From an uncultured Candidatus Rokubacteria bacterium (GTDB taxonomy: Bacteria; Methylomirabilota; Methylomirabilia; Rokubacteriales; DASRDR01): 64,000 nt of DNA. The notes under the pieces are model-generated. The model did no database searches. It was not told the DNA's origin and worked only from the letters and a program-made list of their open reading frames with translations. The position numbers and the translations under genes were made by a program. The stretch spans positions 384,001-448,000 of the forward strand of contig CAWGVS010000005.1 of the NCBI GenBank assembly GCA_963826115.1, in the 5' to 3' direction. Positions 10,251 through 21,116 of this stretch are shown piece after piece. Position 1 is the first letter of the stretch, and each line of letters begins with the position of its first letter.

Positions 10251-11191
10251 GACGCGGTGAGGGTCCGAGCCGGCGCGAGGGATTCCAGCGCGTCGAGCGT
10301 CCGCTCGACCGGCCAGCCGTGGAGAAGCACGTTGGCCTCGAGGAAGAGCTCCGTGAGCCCGAGCTCCGCGTAGCGCCGGATGTCGTCGCGGATCTCGTCG
10401 AGGGAGCCGCAGAGCGGGCGCCGGTCGGGTCCCTGCGGCGTGTCGAAGGGCCGGAACGTCCCGCGGCAGACCACCTGGAGCCGCGCGGGGTCGCGCCCGG
10501 CTCGCTCCGCCGCGACGCGGAGCTCCCGCACGAGCGGGGCGACGCGGTCGAACGGCACGTTGCCGCCGCTGAAGCCGTCCCCGTAGGTGACCGCGCGCCG
10601 CACCGCGGCGACCCCGTAGCCGCCGATGGTGATCGGCGGATGCGGCACCTGGACGGGCCGGGGCCGGACGGACGCGCGCGGCACCTGGTAGAACTCCCCA
10701 TGGAACTCGACGGGGTCCTCGGTCCACACGGCCTTCAGGCACCGGAGGAACTCGTCGGCGCGGCGCCCGCGCTGCGCGTAGGGCACGCCGACGGCGTCGT
10801 ACTCGTCCTTCGACCAGCCGACGCCGAGCCCGACGTCGAGCCGGCCTCCCGACACCCGGTCGAGGGTGGCGAGCTGCTTGGCCAGCATGACCGGCGTGTA
10901 GTAGGGCATCACGAGGACGCTCGTGCCGAGGCGGATCGTCGAGGTCACGCCCGCGACGAACGCGAGCGAGACCAGGGGATCGGCGACGGACTCGAACGAG
11001 TCGGGCCACGCGCGGCCGGGCATGGGCGGGTAGTCGTTCTGAGGCGCGACGGGGTAGAGCAGCCGCTGCAGCACCCAGAGCGAGTGATAACCGAGCCGCT
11101 CGGCCTCCTGCGCGACCCTGACCTGGTTGGCGGGCGTGGCCCACGCGCCGGCGACGGGCAGGGAGAAGCCGAGCTTCATCGGGAGCGTCAC
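10247..11191 (-). CDS. LLM class (luciferase-like), probably F420-dependent oxidoreductase
   Basis: AERLGYHSLW, IRLGTSVL, LAKQLATLDRVSGGRL..GLGVGW..DEY. GTG 11191 chosen as start because TATCAT lies 7 nt upstream (alternative ATG 11179). Confidence 0.88.
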   Translation of the reverse strand: MTLPMKLGFSLPVAGAWATPANQVRVAQEAERLGYHSLWVLQRLLYPVAPQNDYPPMPGRAWPDSFESVADPLVSLAFVAGVTSTIRLGTSVLVMPYYTPVMLAKQLATLDRVSGGRLDVGLGVGWSKDEYDAVGVPYAQRGRRADEFLRCLKAVWTEDPVEFHGEFYQVPRASVRPRPVQVPHPPITIGGYGVAAVRRAVTYGDGFSGGNVPFDRVAPLVRELRVAAERAGRDPARLQVVCRGTFRPFDTPQGPDRRPLCGSLDEIRDDIRRYAELGLTELFLEANVLLHGWPVERTLDALESLAPARTLTAS

Positions 11192-11307
11192 GCGGCGCAT
11201 GATACGCGAACGGCGGCGCCGTCGGGAAGGTGGGCGAGGGTATGATGTCCCTCGTTCCCGGCGCGGGCACGGACCCGCCACCGAATCCACATCGCGAGGA
11301 GAAGCGC

Positions 11308-12154
11308 ATGGGCAGGCTCGAGGGCAAGGTTGCGATCGTCACCGGCGCGACGAGCGGCATGGGCAAGCGCACGGCGGAGCGGTTCGTCGAGGAAGGGGCC
11401 ACCGTGATCGTCGCCGGTCGCCGCGAGGCGGAGGGCGAGGCCGTCGTGCGGGCGCTCGGGCCGCGCGCGCTGTTCGTCCGCACCGACGTCGCGCGCGAGG
11501 ACGACGTCCGGCGCATGATCGGCACGGCCGTCGACCGGTACGGCCGGCTCGACTGTCTCTTCAACAACGCGGGCGGACCGGGGCCCCGGGGTGGCGTCGA
11601 GACGATCCCGCTGGACGCCGCCGAGCGGTCGATGGCGGTGAACTTCGGCGGCGTGCTGCTCGGGATGAAGCACGCGGCGCCGATCATGATGCGGCAGCGC
11701 TCGGGGAGCATCATCAACAACGCCAGCGTGGCCGCCAGCCGCGCCGGGTACTCGTCGTCGATGATCTACAGCGCCGCCAAGGCCGCCGTCGTCCAGCTCT
11801 CGCGCTGCGTGGCGATGGAGCTCGGCGAGCACGGCGTCCGGGTGAACTGCATCTCGCCCGGCGCCATCGTCACCGGGATCCTGCTGAAGGCCCTCGGGCT
11901 GCCGCCACGGCCAGGCCGACGACGTCTCGGTCGGGCTCACCGAGCGGTTCGCGGCGCAGCAGCCCATCCCGCGCGCGGGATCGGTCGACGACATCGCGCA
12001 CATGGCCGTGTTCCTGGCGAGCGACGAGTCGACGTTCGTCACGTCGCAGGACATCGTCGTGGACGGCGGCCAGATCAGCGGCCGGCTGTGGTCGCCCCAG
12101 CAGGAGGGGCTCCGCCAGCTGAAGCAGGCGTTCGGCCTGCCGGCGGAGGGCTGA
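11308..12154 (+). CDS. SDR family oxidoreductase, interrupted by one +1 frameshift near 11905-11912
   Basis: VTGATSGMG, NNAG, YSAAK, VNCISPG in the first frame. The next frame gives QPIPRAG..DDIA..AVFLASDES.FVT..DIVVDGG and ends at TGA 12152-12154. Confidence 0.85.
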
Positions 12155-12155
12155 G

Positions 12156-12941
12156 ATGGCCACCGCCGCCTCCGCGCTCCTGCAAGGCCCCGACCCCAGC
12201 TACCGCTTCCTTCCCGGCGGCGAGCCCTACTCGTCGGGCGCCGTCGCCACGCAGGGCTGGGAGGTCGTCCACGTCACGCTCCAGCGTCCGGTGCCGTGGC
12301 GCGAGGGTTTCGCCGCGATCGAGCGCCATCTCCGCGGTCTCGGCCGGCCCCGCACGGCCCTCTGCGCGATCGAGCTGCGCATCCCGACGCCGCTCACCTT
12401 CGCCGGCTTCGGCGGGTTCAACCGCGAGTATCGCGCCCTCCTGGGCGAGTGGGGGCTCATCGTGGACGGCCGGAACCCGATCGCGCGGACCAACGTGGCG
12501 CCGGTCGTCGGCCCGCCGGCCGAGGCCTCCCTCTACGCCTTCTCCCACACCGTGCCCGACCAGGCGGGCGGACGGCCCACGTTCGTCGCCGCGGGATCGG
12601 GCGAGCTCCGGCCCGGCCAGGCCTCGCGCGCGGGGATCGTCCGGCCCGACGAGACCTCGCCGGACGCGATGCGGGAGAAGGCGGTCTACGTCATGGACGT
12701 GATGCAGGCGCGGCTCGCGGGGCTCGGCGGGACGTGGGCCGACGTGAGCGCGGTCGGCGTCTACACGGCGCACTCGCTCGAGGGCTTCCTCGCCACCGAG
12801 GTGCTGAGCGTCATGGGACCGGCGGCGATCCACGGCGTCCACTGGTACCTCTCCCACCCGCCGATCGCGGGCCTCGCCTTCGAGATGGACCTCCGCGGCG
12901 TCCGGCGGGAGCTCCGGCTTCCGGTCCCGGGTTCCGCATGA
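12156..12941 (+). CDS. CnbZ-like (2-amino-5-chloromuconate deaminase-like) protein
   Basis: YRFLP...YS.G, RP.P..EGF..IE.HL...GRP..ALCA.ELR.P, FN.EY...L..WG, NP.ARTNVAP, AFS.TVP. Resembles the CnbZ family from memory. Confidence 0.7.
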   Translation: MATAASALLQGPDPSYRFLPGGEPYSSGAVATQGWEVVHVTLQRPVPWREGFAAIERHLRGLGRPRTALCAIELRIPTPLTFAGFGGFNREYRALLGEWGLIVDGRNPIARTNVAPVVGPPAEASLYAFSHTVPDQAGGRPTFVAAGSGELRPGQASRAGIVRPDETSPDAMREKAVYVMDVMQARLAGLGGTWADVSAVGVYTAHSLEGFLATEVLSVMGPAAIHGVHWYLSHPPIAGLAFEMDLRGVRRELRLPVPGSA

Positions 12942-13633
12942 AGAGGCGCGGGCCCGCGAGCCACTCGCGCCCGCGGGCCCGTCACCGCCCCGTGGGGACG
13001 CGGCGCCACGGCCACGTGCCCGGCGGCTTCGGCGCCCACGGGAACCCGAAGGACTTCGCGCTCATGCTCGGTCGGCTCGAGGATCCGGCCCGCGCGCGGT
13101 GGCAGCGGCCGACGCGGCTCGTGCGGGCCCTCCGGCTCCGCTCGGGACAGACGGTCGCGGAGATCGGGGCCGGGTCCGGCTACATCGCGCGGCGCCTGGC
13201 GCGAGCGGTGGGACCCCGCGGGCGCGTCTACGCGGTGGACGTCGAGCCGCGCATGCTGCCGGTCCTGGCCGAGCGGCTCCGGCGCGCCCGCGTCCAGAAC
13301 GTGACGCCGGTCCTCGGGCGGGACGCGGACCCGCTCCTGCCGGCGCGCTCGTGCGATCTGGTCCTGATCGTGAACACCTATCACCACTTCCCGGGCGGCC
13401 CGCGATACCTGCGACGACTCCGCGGCCTGCTGCGTCCGGGAGGCCGGCTCGTGAACGTCGACTTCGCGCGCCGCGAGACGCCGGTCGGGCCGCCGCTCGA
13501 GCGCCGCATTGCCCGCGAGCGATTCCTCCGGGACGCCGGGCGCGCCGGCTTCCGACTCGTCCGCGAGGCGACGTTCCTGCCCTACCAGTACTGTCTCGTG
13601 CTGGCCCCAGTTGTCCGCGGCGCCCGCTCCTGA
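12938..13633 (+). CDS. Class I SAM-dependent methyltransferase
   Basis: RARWQRP, VAEIGAGSG, VYAVDVEP, NTYHH, LPYQY; ATGA overlap with the upstream gene. Confidence 0.85.
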   Translation: MKRRGPASHSRPRARHRPVGTRRHGHVPGGFGAHGNPKDFALMLGRLEDPARARWQRPTRLVRALRLRSGQTVAEIGAGSGYIARRLARAVGPRGRVYAVDVEPRMLPVLAERLRRARVQNVTPVLGRDADPLLPARSCDLVLIVNTYHHFPGGPRYLRRLRGLLRPGGRLVNVDFARRETPVGPPLERRIARERFLRDAGRAGFRLVREATFLPYQYCLVLAPVVRGARS

Positions 13634-13673
13634 CTAGCATGGAGGGGCTCGAGCTCGATCCTCGGAGAGGTGG

Positions 13674-14462
13674 ATGACCGCACGCGGCGGCCAGGAACGT
13701 GACGACGCTTCCCCGGTCCTCCAGGTGCCGCCGCATCCCGAGCTCCCGGGCTACTACGATCAGAGCGACGCCCGCCAGCGGTTCCTGAACGACCTGTTCG
13801 ACCGCACGGCCGGCCAGTATGGGGCGATCGACAGGGCGATCAGCTTTGGCTCCGGCCCCAGGTACCGGCGTCGCGCGCTCCGCTACGCGGGGCTGCGCCC
13901 CGGCATGCGCGTCCTCGACGTCGCGTGCGGCACGGGCCTCACCACCAAGAGCGGGCTCGACCTCGTCGGTCCCCGCGGATACGTCGTCGGCCTGGACCCG
14001 AGCTCCGGGATGCTCCGCGAGGCGCGGAAGGGCCCGTGCCGCAACCTGGTCCAGGGTGTCGGGGAGAAATTGCCGTTTCCCGATGCCTCCTTCGACTTCC
14101 TGAGCATGGGGTACGCGCTCCGGCACGTGTCGGACCTCGGCGTGGCGTTCCGGGAGTACCGGCGGGTCCTGCGCCCGGACGGCATCGTCTTCCTGCTGGA
14201 GATCGCCCCTCCGCGCCCGGCTGCGCTCCTGAGCCTGTCGCGCTTCTACATCCGCACGGTGGTGGGGGCGGTCTTCGCCCGCGCGACCGGCAACCCGGAC
14301 ACGCGAATCCTGATGCGCTACTGGTGGGACACGATGGAGCACTGCGTCGCTTCGGAGACGATCCTGGCCGCGCTGCGCGACGCGGGCTTCGTCGAGTGCG
14401 CGCTGATCGAGCGCCTCGGCGGGCTCCTCCGCAACTACCGGGCGGTGAGGGCCCGATCGTGA
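13674..14462 (+). CDS. UbiE/MenG-like class I SAM-dependent methyltransferase
   Basis: LFDRTA..Y, VLDVACGTG, LDPS.GML, LPFPDASFD..SMGYALRHV, RVLRP.G. Confidence 0.85.
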   Translation: MTARGGQERDDASPVLQVPPHPELPGYYDQSDARQRFLNDLFDRTAGQYGAIDRAISFGSGPRYRRRALRYAGLRPGMRVLDVACGTGLTTKSGLDLVGPRGYVVGLDPSSGMLREARKGPCRNLVQGVGEKLPFPDASFDFLSMGYALRHVSDLGVAFREYRRVLRPDGIVFLLEIAPPRPAALLSLSRFYIRTVVGAVFARATGNPDTRILMRYWWDTMEHCVASETILAALRDAGFVECALIERLGGLLRNYRAVRARS

Positions 14463-15595
14463 TCCCGAGCGACCGCACGCCCGAGCTGGTCGTCGGCGAG
14501 AGCGGCCGGCCCGGGTGGAACCAGCCCGACCGGCGCCGCCACGCCTTCCACCACATGCACGAGGTCTTCCGGTACAGCCTGGGCATCCGCGCGCCCGAGG
14601 TCCTGCGGCTCACCAAGGCCGTCGATCGCCGGATCGGCGACCTCCCGAGCGTCCGGAAGCTCACCGGGACCGCGTACTTCTCCGGCATGGTGGCGGTGCG
14701 GGGCGGCGACGTCGTCTACGAGCGGTACGCGGGGGACTTCGGCCCGCGGCAGCCCCACAGCGTCCAGTCGATCACGAAGACCACCATGAACCTCGTGTTC
14801 GGGCGGCTGGTCGAGCGGGGCCTCGTCGACCTCGGCCGTCCGGTGAGCCACTACCTGCCGGACATCGGCTCGGGGTACGCGACGGCGACCGTCCAGGACG
14901 TGCTCGACATGAACGTGATCAACGACTACTCGGAGGACTACAGCGACCCGTACGCGACCGTCTTCCTCCACGAGACCGCGATGGGCTGGCGGCTGCCGCG
15001 GGCGGGGGAGCCCGAGCTCACGACCCGGGAGTACGTCCGCGGGATCAAGAGCGCGGACGTGACGAACCGGACGGGCCTCGTGCAGTACAAGTCGGCCAAC
15101 ACCGACGTGATCGGCGAGGTCGCCGAGCGGGTCACGGGCCGGACCCTCCGCGAGATGCTGATCGACATCGTCGAGGCGGCGGGGCTCGAGGGCACCTTCC
15201 ACATCGGCACCGACCGCGCCGGGACCCCGATCGTCAACGGCGGGGCGTGCGTGACCGCCCGGGATCTCGCCCGTTACGGGCTTCTCTTCATCCGCGGCGG
15301 CCGGGGCATCCGCGGGCAGGAGGTCGGGAGCCGCGCGTTCATCGAGGCCACGCGGGCGCGGACGGGCGCGCCCTATGGTCCGCCCCGCGACTGGCAGCGG
15401 TACACGAACCACACCGTGACCGACGGGCAGTGCCTGGGTCACGGCGGGTACGGCGGCCAGTACATGCTGGCCAACCCCGACACCGGCGTGGTCGTCGTGT
15501 TCTTCAGCGTGCTGGAGGACGCCGACGCCTACGACGCCGGGTACTCGGCCGAGGTGATCCGCATGGCGGAGGAGATCACGCGGCTCCCGGCCTAG
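14459..15595 (+). CDS. Serine hydrolase, beta-lactamase class C/NylB-like
   Basis: SITK (SxxK), YKS (YxN-equivalent), ARDLARYG, HGGYGGQ; GTGA overlap with the upstream gene. Confidence 0.85.
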   Translation: MIPSDRTPELVVGESGRPGWNQPDRRRHAFHHMHEVFRYSLGIRAPEVLRLTKAVDRRIGDLPSVRKLTGTAYFSGMVAVRGGDVVYERYAGDFGPRQPHSVQSITKTTMNLVFGRLVERGLVDLGRPVSHYLPDIGSGYATATVQDVLDMNVINDYSEDYSDPYATVFLHETAMGWRLPRAGEPELTTREYVRGIKSADVTNRTGLVQYKSANTDVIGEVAERVTGRTLREMLIDIVEAAGLEGTFHIGTDRAGTPIVNGGACVTARDLARYGLLFIRGGRGIRGQEVGSRAFIEATRARTGAPYGPPRDWQRYTNHTVTDGQCLGHGGYGGQYMLANPDTGVVVVFFSVLEDADAYDAGYSAEVIRMAEEITRLPA

Positions 15596-15719
15596 ACGCG
15601 CCTGTCGCCCTGCGCGTCGAGAGCGAGACGTCACGATCGGCAACGCCGGCGCACTGATCGCCCCCACTCGAGCTTCGGGCGGGCCCGCTCGGCGTGCGCC
15701 CCGGCTCCGATCTGGCGCA

Positions 15720-16606
15720 TTGGGAGCCTCGTGGGTCGCCGCAGTCCTCGCCGCGCTCGCGCTGCAGGCGAGCGGCTGCATGAATCACTACCTGATCTAC
15801 CCGGATCGCGATCCCCCGGGCATCGTGACCTGGAGCGAGGACGTCACCCGCGGGCCGCTCCTGATGCATCTCGAATGGGCGGCGCCGCCTGGCTCCGGGC
15901 CCCTTCCCGCGGTGATCGTCCATCCGCCGGCTGGCGGCGTCGCCGGAGAGATGCGGGGCGTGATCCGCGACCTCGCGCAGCACGGCTACGTGGCGATCGC
16001 GGTCGACTATCAGCGGCTGCTGGACGGACAGTTCCGGCGCACCACCTTCTCGTGGCGCGAGCCGTCGGATCCGGTCGCCGCGCTCACGCGGGTGCGCGCC
16101 GAGCCGCGGGTCGATCGAGGAGCGGATCGCCGCGCTCGGGTTCTCCCAGGGCGGGATGTTCAGCCTGCTGATGGCCGCGTACGCGCCGGACGTCAAGGCG
16201 GTGGTGGCCTACTATCCGGTCACCGACCTCCGGATGTGGTTCGACGCCGAGCGCCCGTGGGCACGCCGCATGGTGTTTCGGCGTGATCGAGCGGCACTTC
16301 CGTCGCGAGTCGGGCGCCGCGAGCGACGCGGAGTTCGAGGAGATGCTGCGGCTCGGCTCGTCGATGACGTACGTGGACTCGCTCCGGGCGCCGGTCCTGC
16401 TGGTGCACGGCGCGGACGACACCTCCGCGCCGCTGGAAGAGTCGCGGCGCCTCGAGCGTGCGCTCCGGGATCGGGGACGCGACGTCGAGCTCCTCGTCGT
16501 GCCGGGCGCGGGGCACGTGTTCAACTTCAAGGAGCGGGACGTGGCCCAGCACGCGTGGGACGCGACCCTGGATTGGCTGCGCCAGCGCCTCGCCCCGGCG
16601 CCTTGA
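15720..16606 (+). CDS. Dienelactone hydrolase-family alpha/beta hydrolase (putative lipoprotein), two +1 frameshifts (~16118, ~16278)
   Basis: Three consecutive ORF pieces join into one protein: signal plus ASGC lipobox, PAVIVH, ERIAALGFSQGG (GxSxG), PVLLVHGADD, GAGHVF. Confidence 0.8.
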
Positions 16607-16647
16607 GGCGCGCCGGATGACGGTCAGCCGAGACCGGAGGCGGCCCG

Positions 16648-18970
16648 CTACAGCCCCGGCCGCGACTCCGTGGGCGGCGGGTCGTAGGCCCGGATGGGCG
16701 GTACGGGACCGGTCCAGCGCTCGACCTCGACCAGGGCGTGCTGGCCGGAGCAGCCCTGGGCGAGCTTCGACGTGCCGCGGTCGAAAGTCAGGACGTTCGG
16801 GTTCCCGTGGACGCACATCGCGTCCGGGTCCGCGGGGTCGAGCGGGTCGTACCAGGCGCCGGTCGCCAGCTGGACCACGCGGGGTCGCACCGCGTCGGTG
16901 ACCACCGCGCCCGCGAGGCAGCTGCCCCGGCCGTTGAACACGCGCACGACGTCGCCGCTCCGGACCCCGCGCGGCTCCGCGTCCGACGGGTGGATGCGGA
17001 TCGGCTCGCGCCCCGCGACCTTGGACGCCTGGCTGAACGCGCCGACGTCGAGCTGGCTGTGGAGCCGCGTCGTGGGGTTGTTCGCGACCAGGTGGAGCGG
17101 GTAGCGCTCGGCGAGGGGCGCCCCGAGCCATTCCGTCGGCTCGAGCCACGACGGGTGGCCCGGGCAGTCCTTGTAGCCGAAGCCGTCGACCGTCTCGGAG
17201 AAGATCTCGATGCGCCCGCTCGGGGTGGCGAGCCGCGCGCCCTCCGGATCGTCGCGGAACGCCTTCAGGAGCACCAGGTCCCGGTCGGCGTCGGCGACCT
17301 CGAGGGACCCCGCGGCCCAGAACTCGTCGAAGCCCGGCAGCGCCGGCCCGCCGCGGTGCAGGACCTTCTCGCGCCAGCCTCCGTAGAGGTGCCGGAGCCA
17401 GCCCATCTCGTCGCGCCCCTCGGTGAAGCGCGGTGCCCGCGCCCAGCGCCGCGGCGAGGTCGCTGAAGATCGCGTACTCGCTCCGCGACTCCCGGTACGG
17501 CTCGATCGCCTTCCGCATCGCGATCAGGCAGGGGTCGTTCGGAGAGCCGCCGATGTCGTTCCGCTCGAGCGTCACGGTCGCGGGCAGCACGATGTCGGCG
17601 TGCCGCGCCATCGCCGTCCAGAACGGATCGTGCACGACGACGGTGTCCGGCGTGGCGAGGGCGCGTCGCAAGCGGGCGAGGTCCTGGTGGTGGTGAAAGG
17701 GGTTCCCGCCGCACCAGTACACGAGCCGGATCCGCGGGTAGGCCAGGCGCTTCCCGTCGAAGTCGAAGGGCTCGCCCGGCTGGAGCAGCATGTCGGCCAG
17801 GCGGGCGAACGGGATGGCGGCGCGCACCGGGTTCGGCCGCTGGGGCAGGGCGGGGGGATGGCTCCGGAGGGGCGGGCGGCCGACGTAGCCGAGCGAGCCG
17901 TAGCCGCTGCCGAATCCGCCGCCCGGGAGCCCGATCTGCCCGAGCATCGCCGCCAGCGTGACCACCATCCACGGCGCCTGCTCGCCGTGCTCAGCTCGCT
18001 GGAGGGACCAGTTCGCGTTGATGAACGTCCGGCGCGACGCCATCCGGCGCGCGAGCGTCCGGATCGTCGCCGCGGGGATCCCGGAGATCCGCTCCGCCCA
18101 CTCGGGCGTCTTGGGCGTCCCGTCGTCCGCGCCACGGAGGTAGCGCTCGAAGCGGTCGAAGCCCGCGCAGTAGCGCCCGAGGAACTCGCGGTCCGCGCGC
18201 TCCTCGGCGACGAGCGCGTGGGCGAGGCCCAGCATGAGCGCGACGTCGGTACCGGGGACGACCGGGAGCCACTCGGCGTCCAGGAACTCGGGCAGGTCGT
18301 CCCGCATCGGGCTCACCAGGACGAACTCGGCCCCGCGGGCCCGCATGGCGCGCAGGTGGTCCCGGAGAGGGTGGCGGCTCGCGCCCCCGGGGCTCACCAT
18401 CGTGTTCTTGAGCGGGATGCCCCCGAAGCAGACGAAGAGCTCGGTGTGGCGCTCGATCACGGACCACGCAGTGGCGCGGTCCAGGTAGCTCCGCATGTCG
18501 CCCAGCACGTGGGGCATGATCACGGTCAGGGCGCCGTTACTGTACGTGTGCTCCCCGCGCACGAAGCCGCCGAGACAGTTGAGGAAGCGGTGGAGCTGGC
18601 TCTGCGCGTGGTGGAAGCGCCCCGCGCTGGCCCATCCGTAGGAGCCTCCGTACACCGCCTCGCCGCCGTGGGCGTCGTAGACGCGCCGGAGCTCTCGCGA
18701 CAGGAGATCGACGGCGGTCGGCCAGCTGACCGGCACGAAGGGCTCGGCGCCCCGGCGCCGGTCGGGTCCCGGGCCGCGGTCGAGCCAGCCGGCGCGGACC
18801 ATCGGCTGCGCGATGCGCGCGCGGTGACGGAGGCTCCCGGTGATGTTGCCGAGGAGCGGCGACGGGTCCGTGTCCTCGCGGTGGGGGTGGACCGCGACGA
18901 CGGCGCCGTCCTCGACCTCCGCCTCGAAGGCGCCCCAGTGGGACGCGTGGAGCTGCCGCTCGGTCGTCAT
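16648..18970 (-). CDS. Cytoplasmic bis-MGD molybdoenzyme, biotin/methionine sulfoxide reductase (BisC/TorZ-like); one +1 frameshift ~17435
   Basis: SHWGAF, SYGWASAGRFHHAQSQ, YS (Mo-ligand Ser), W..QRAEHGEQ, GGNPFHHHQD, ADIVLPAT..LERND; C-terminal RLHSQL, HGNPNVLT.D.GTS.LAQG. No Tat signal. Confidence 0.9.
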
Positions 18971-19132
18971 GTCGCGCTCTCCCGGGGCGAGAATGGCACG
19001 GCGGAGCGCGCCGGGACAAGCGTCGCGGCCCGTCCCCCTTGCGACGCGCGCCCGCCTTCGTCTATGTTCCGCTGGCCGGGGCAGTCGGGGCCCGGCGGGG
19101 ATACTCTCACTGATCCGGAGGGACGGCGACGC

Positions 19133-20156
19133 ATGAGCGACGGACGTCGGGTGATCGCGAACATCGGCATACTCTTGAATGGCGCGGCGGCCGAGCGCGA
19201 GCGGCTGGCCGCGGCGGGCGCGCGGGTCGTCGAGGCCCGCGGCGGCAGCGAGGACGAGCTTCGTCGCCTCGTGCGGCGACGCCGAGGTCGTCCTCGGTCT
19301 CGGCCAGTTCCCGTTCACTGACCGGGTGTTCGAGAGCCTGCCGCGCCTCCAGTTCCTCATGCAGTGCACGGTGGGCTACGACCGGGTGGACGTCGACGCC
19401 GCGACGCGCCACGGGGTGATGGTGTGCAACAGCCCGCGGTTCTGCATCGAGGAGGTCTCCGACCACGCGGCGATGCTCCTCCTGGCCTGCACCCGCAAGC
19501 TGCCCCAGCAGGTCGACGCGTACCGGCGTCACGGCTGGAGCCGTCCGCCCGCGGTCGAGGCGATGGGCCCCGTGTACCGCATGCGGGGGCAGACCCTTGG
19601 CTTTGTCGCCTTCGGGAAGATCGCGCGCCTGACCGCGGAGAAGCTGTCCGGCTTCGGGATGCGCTACCTCGCGTACGACCCCTATCTCACGCCCGAGGCC
19701 GTGCGCCGGTGGAACGTCGAGCTGGTCCCCCTCGACGAGCTGTGCCGGCGCTCCGACTTCATCTCGATGCACGCGCTCCTGAACGGCGAGACCCGAGCCC
19801 TCTTCGGGGCGGCCCAGTTCGCGGCGATGAAGCCCACGGCCTACTTCGTGAACACCTCGCGTGGCGGGACGGTCGACGAGGCGGCGATGATCCAGACGCT
19901 CCGGGAGGGCCGGATCGCCGGCGCGGCGCTCGACGTCCTCGTCCAGGAGCCGCCCCATCCGGACAACCCGCTCCTGACGCTCCCCAACGTGCTGCTGACG
20001 TCGCACACCGCCGGACACGGCGAGGGCTCCATGGCGGACAACCGGCAGCAGTCGGTCGACCAGGTCCTGCGCTTCCTCGGCGGCCGGTGGCCGACGGCGC
20101 TCGTGAACCCCGAGGTCAAGGTGCGCGCCCGCGCGGGCGCTCTCCGGGAGTCCTGA
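19133..20156 (+). CDS. D-2-hydroxyacid dehydrogenase (CtBP/SerA-like); one +1 frameshift ~19260
   Basis: N-terminus MSDGRRVIANIG...GSEDE joins VASCGDAEVV...; VGYDRVDV, EEVSDHA, FVNTSRG, LDV..QEP, TSHTA. Confidence 0.85.
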
Positions 20157-20159
20157 GCC

Positions 20160-21044
20160 GTGGCGCGCGTCAACCGGGCGCTCGAGCTCCTCGCCCAGGA
20201 CCAACCCGTCTACTACCAGCATCTCGACGGGCTCGGGAGCGGAGGACACGAGGCGGGCCGGGCCGCCGCCGGCACGTGGGCCGACTACCTGAGCTACGAC
20301 GCCGAGCACGCGCCGTTCGACGCCGGCGAGCTCCGGGCGTTCGTGAAAGGCCTCGTGGAGGCAGGTCCGACGCGAAGCGGCCACCGGATGCCGACCGTGA
20401 TCGTCAGCCTCCCCGTCGACGGCAGCAGCGAGGCGGTCGTGCGCGCCAACGCGTGGATGGTGCACCAGGCGCTGGCGACCGGGATCCACGGACTGCTCCT
20501 CTGCCACGCCGAGACGCCCGACGCGGTCCGCGCGTTCGTCGAGGCGGCGCGGTATCCGCACCACACGGCGGGCGTCGGCGCGCGCCTCGGGGTGGGCCGG
20601 CGGGGGAGCGGCGGACAGGGGCACGCGGCGGCGATGTGGGGCGTCCCGGTGGCCGACTACCTGGACCGCGCGGACCCGTGGCCTCTGAACCCCCGCGGGG
20701 AGCTTGTCCTCGGCCTCAAGATCGAGAACGTCCGGGCGCTCCAGAACGTCGAGGCGAGCGTCGCGGTCCCCGGGATCTCGTTCGCCGAGTGGGGTCCGGG
20801 CGACATGGGTCTCTCGATGGGTCATCCCACCCAGCACGACCCGCCATACCCGCCGGACATGCTCGCCGCGCGGAGCCGCGTCCTGGCCGCGTGCCGGGCC
20901 GCGGGCATCGCCTTCCTCGACCAGGTGACGCCCGAGAACGTGGTCCAGCAGATCGCGGAGGGCGTCCGCATCGGGGCGGGCAGCCGCGCGCGCGAGGCGG
21001 CCGAGGTGGGTCGCCGACACACGAAGCGCGCGATGCCCTGGTAG
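20160..21044 (+). CDS. HpcH/HpaI aldolase/citrate lyase family protein
   Basis: DAEH, A.RYP, KIEN, GPGDMG.SMG. Confidence 0.8.
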   Translation: MARVNRALELLAQDQPVYYQHLDGLGSGGHEAGRAAAGTWADYLSYDAEHAPFDAGELRAFVKGLVEAGPTRSGHRMPTVIVSLPVDGSSEAVVRANAWMVHQALATGIHGLLLCHAETPDAVRAFVEAARYPHHTAGVGARLGVGRRGSGGQGHAAAMWGVPVADYLDRADPWPLNPRGELVLGLKIENVRALQNVEASVAVPGISFAEWGPGDMGLSMGHPTQHDPPYPPDMLAARSRVLAACRAAGIAFLDQVTPENVVQQIAEGVRIGAGSRAREAAEVGRRHTKRAMPW

Positions 21045-21116
21045 CGGCGCGGCGCGCCCGACCGTCGGCCCCGCGAAGGCGAGGCCGGCGACGCGCCGTG
21101 CGCTAGACTGAGCGCG

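Noticed and set aside
9459-11720. 753-aa ORF suggesting an SDR fusion
   Set aside because: The upstream portion is an off-frame reading of the LLM gene; the SDR starts at 10250.
11900-19265. Programmed ribosomal frameshifting in the broken genes
   Set aside because: No slippery heptamers or stimulatory structures seen; the enzyme families involved are not known to be recoded.
16220-19369. 1049-aa ORF as a single giant molybdoenzyme
   Set aside because: Only about 17440-18970 is genuine. The N-terminal part is upstream sequence and the C-terminal part is out of frame after an indel.
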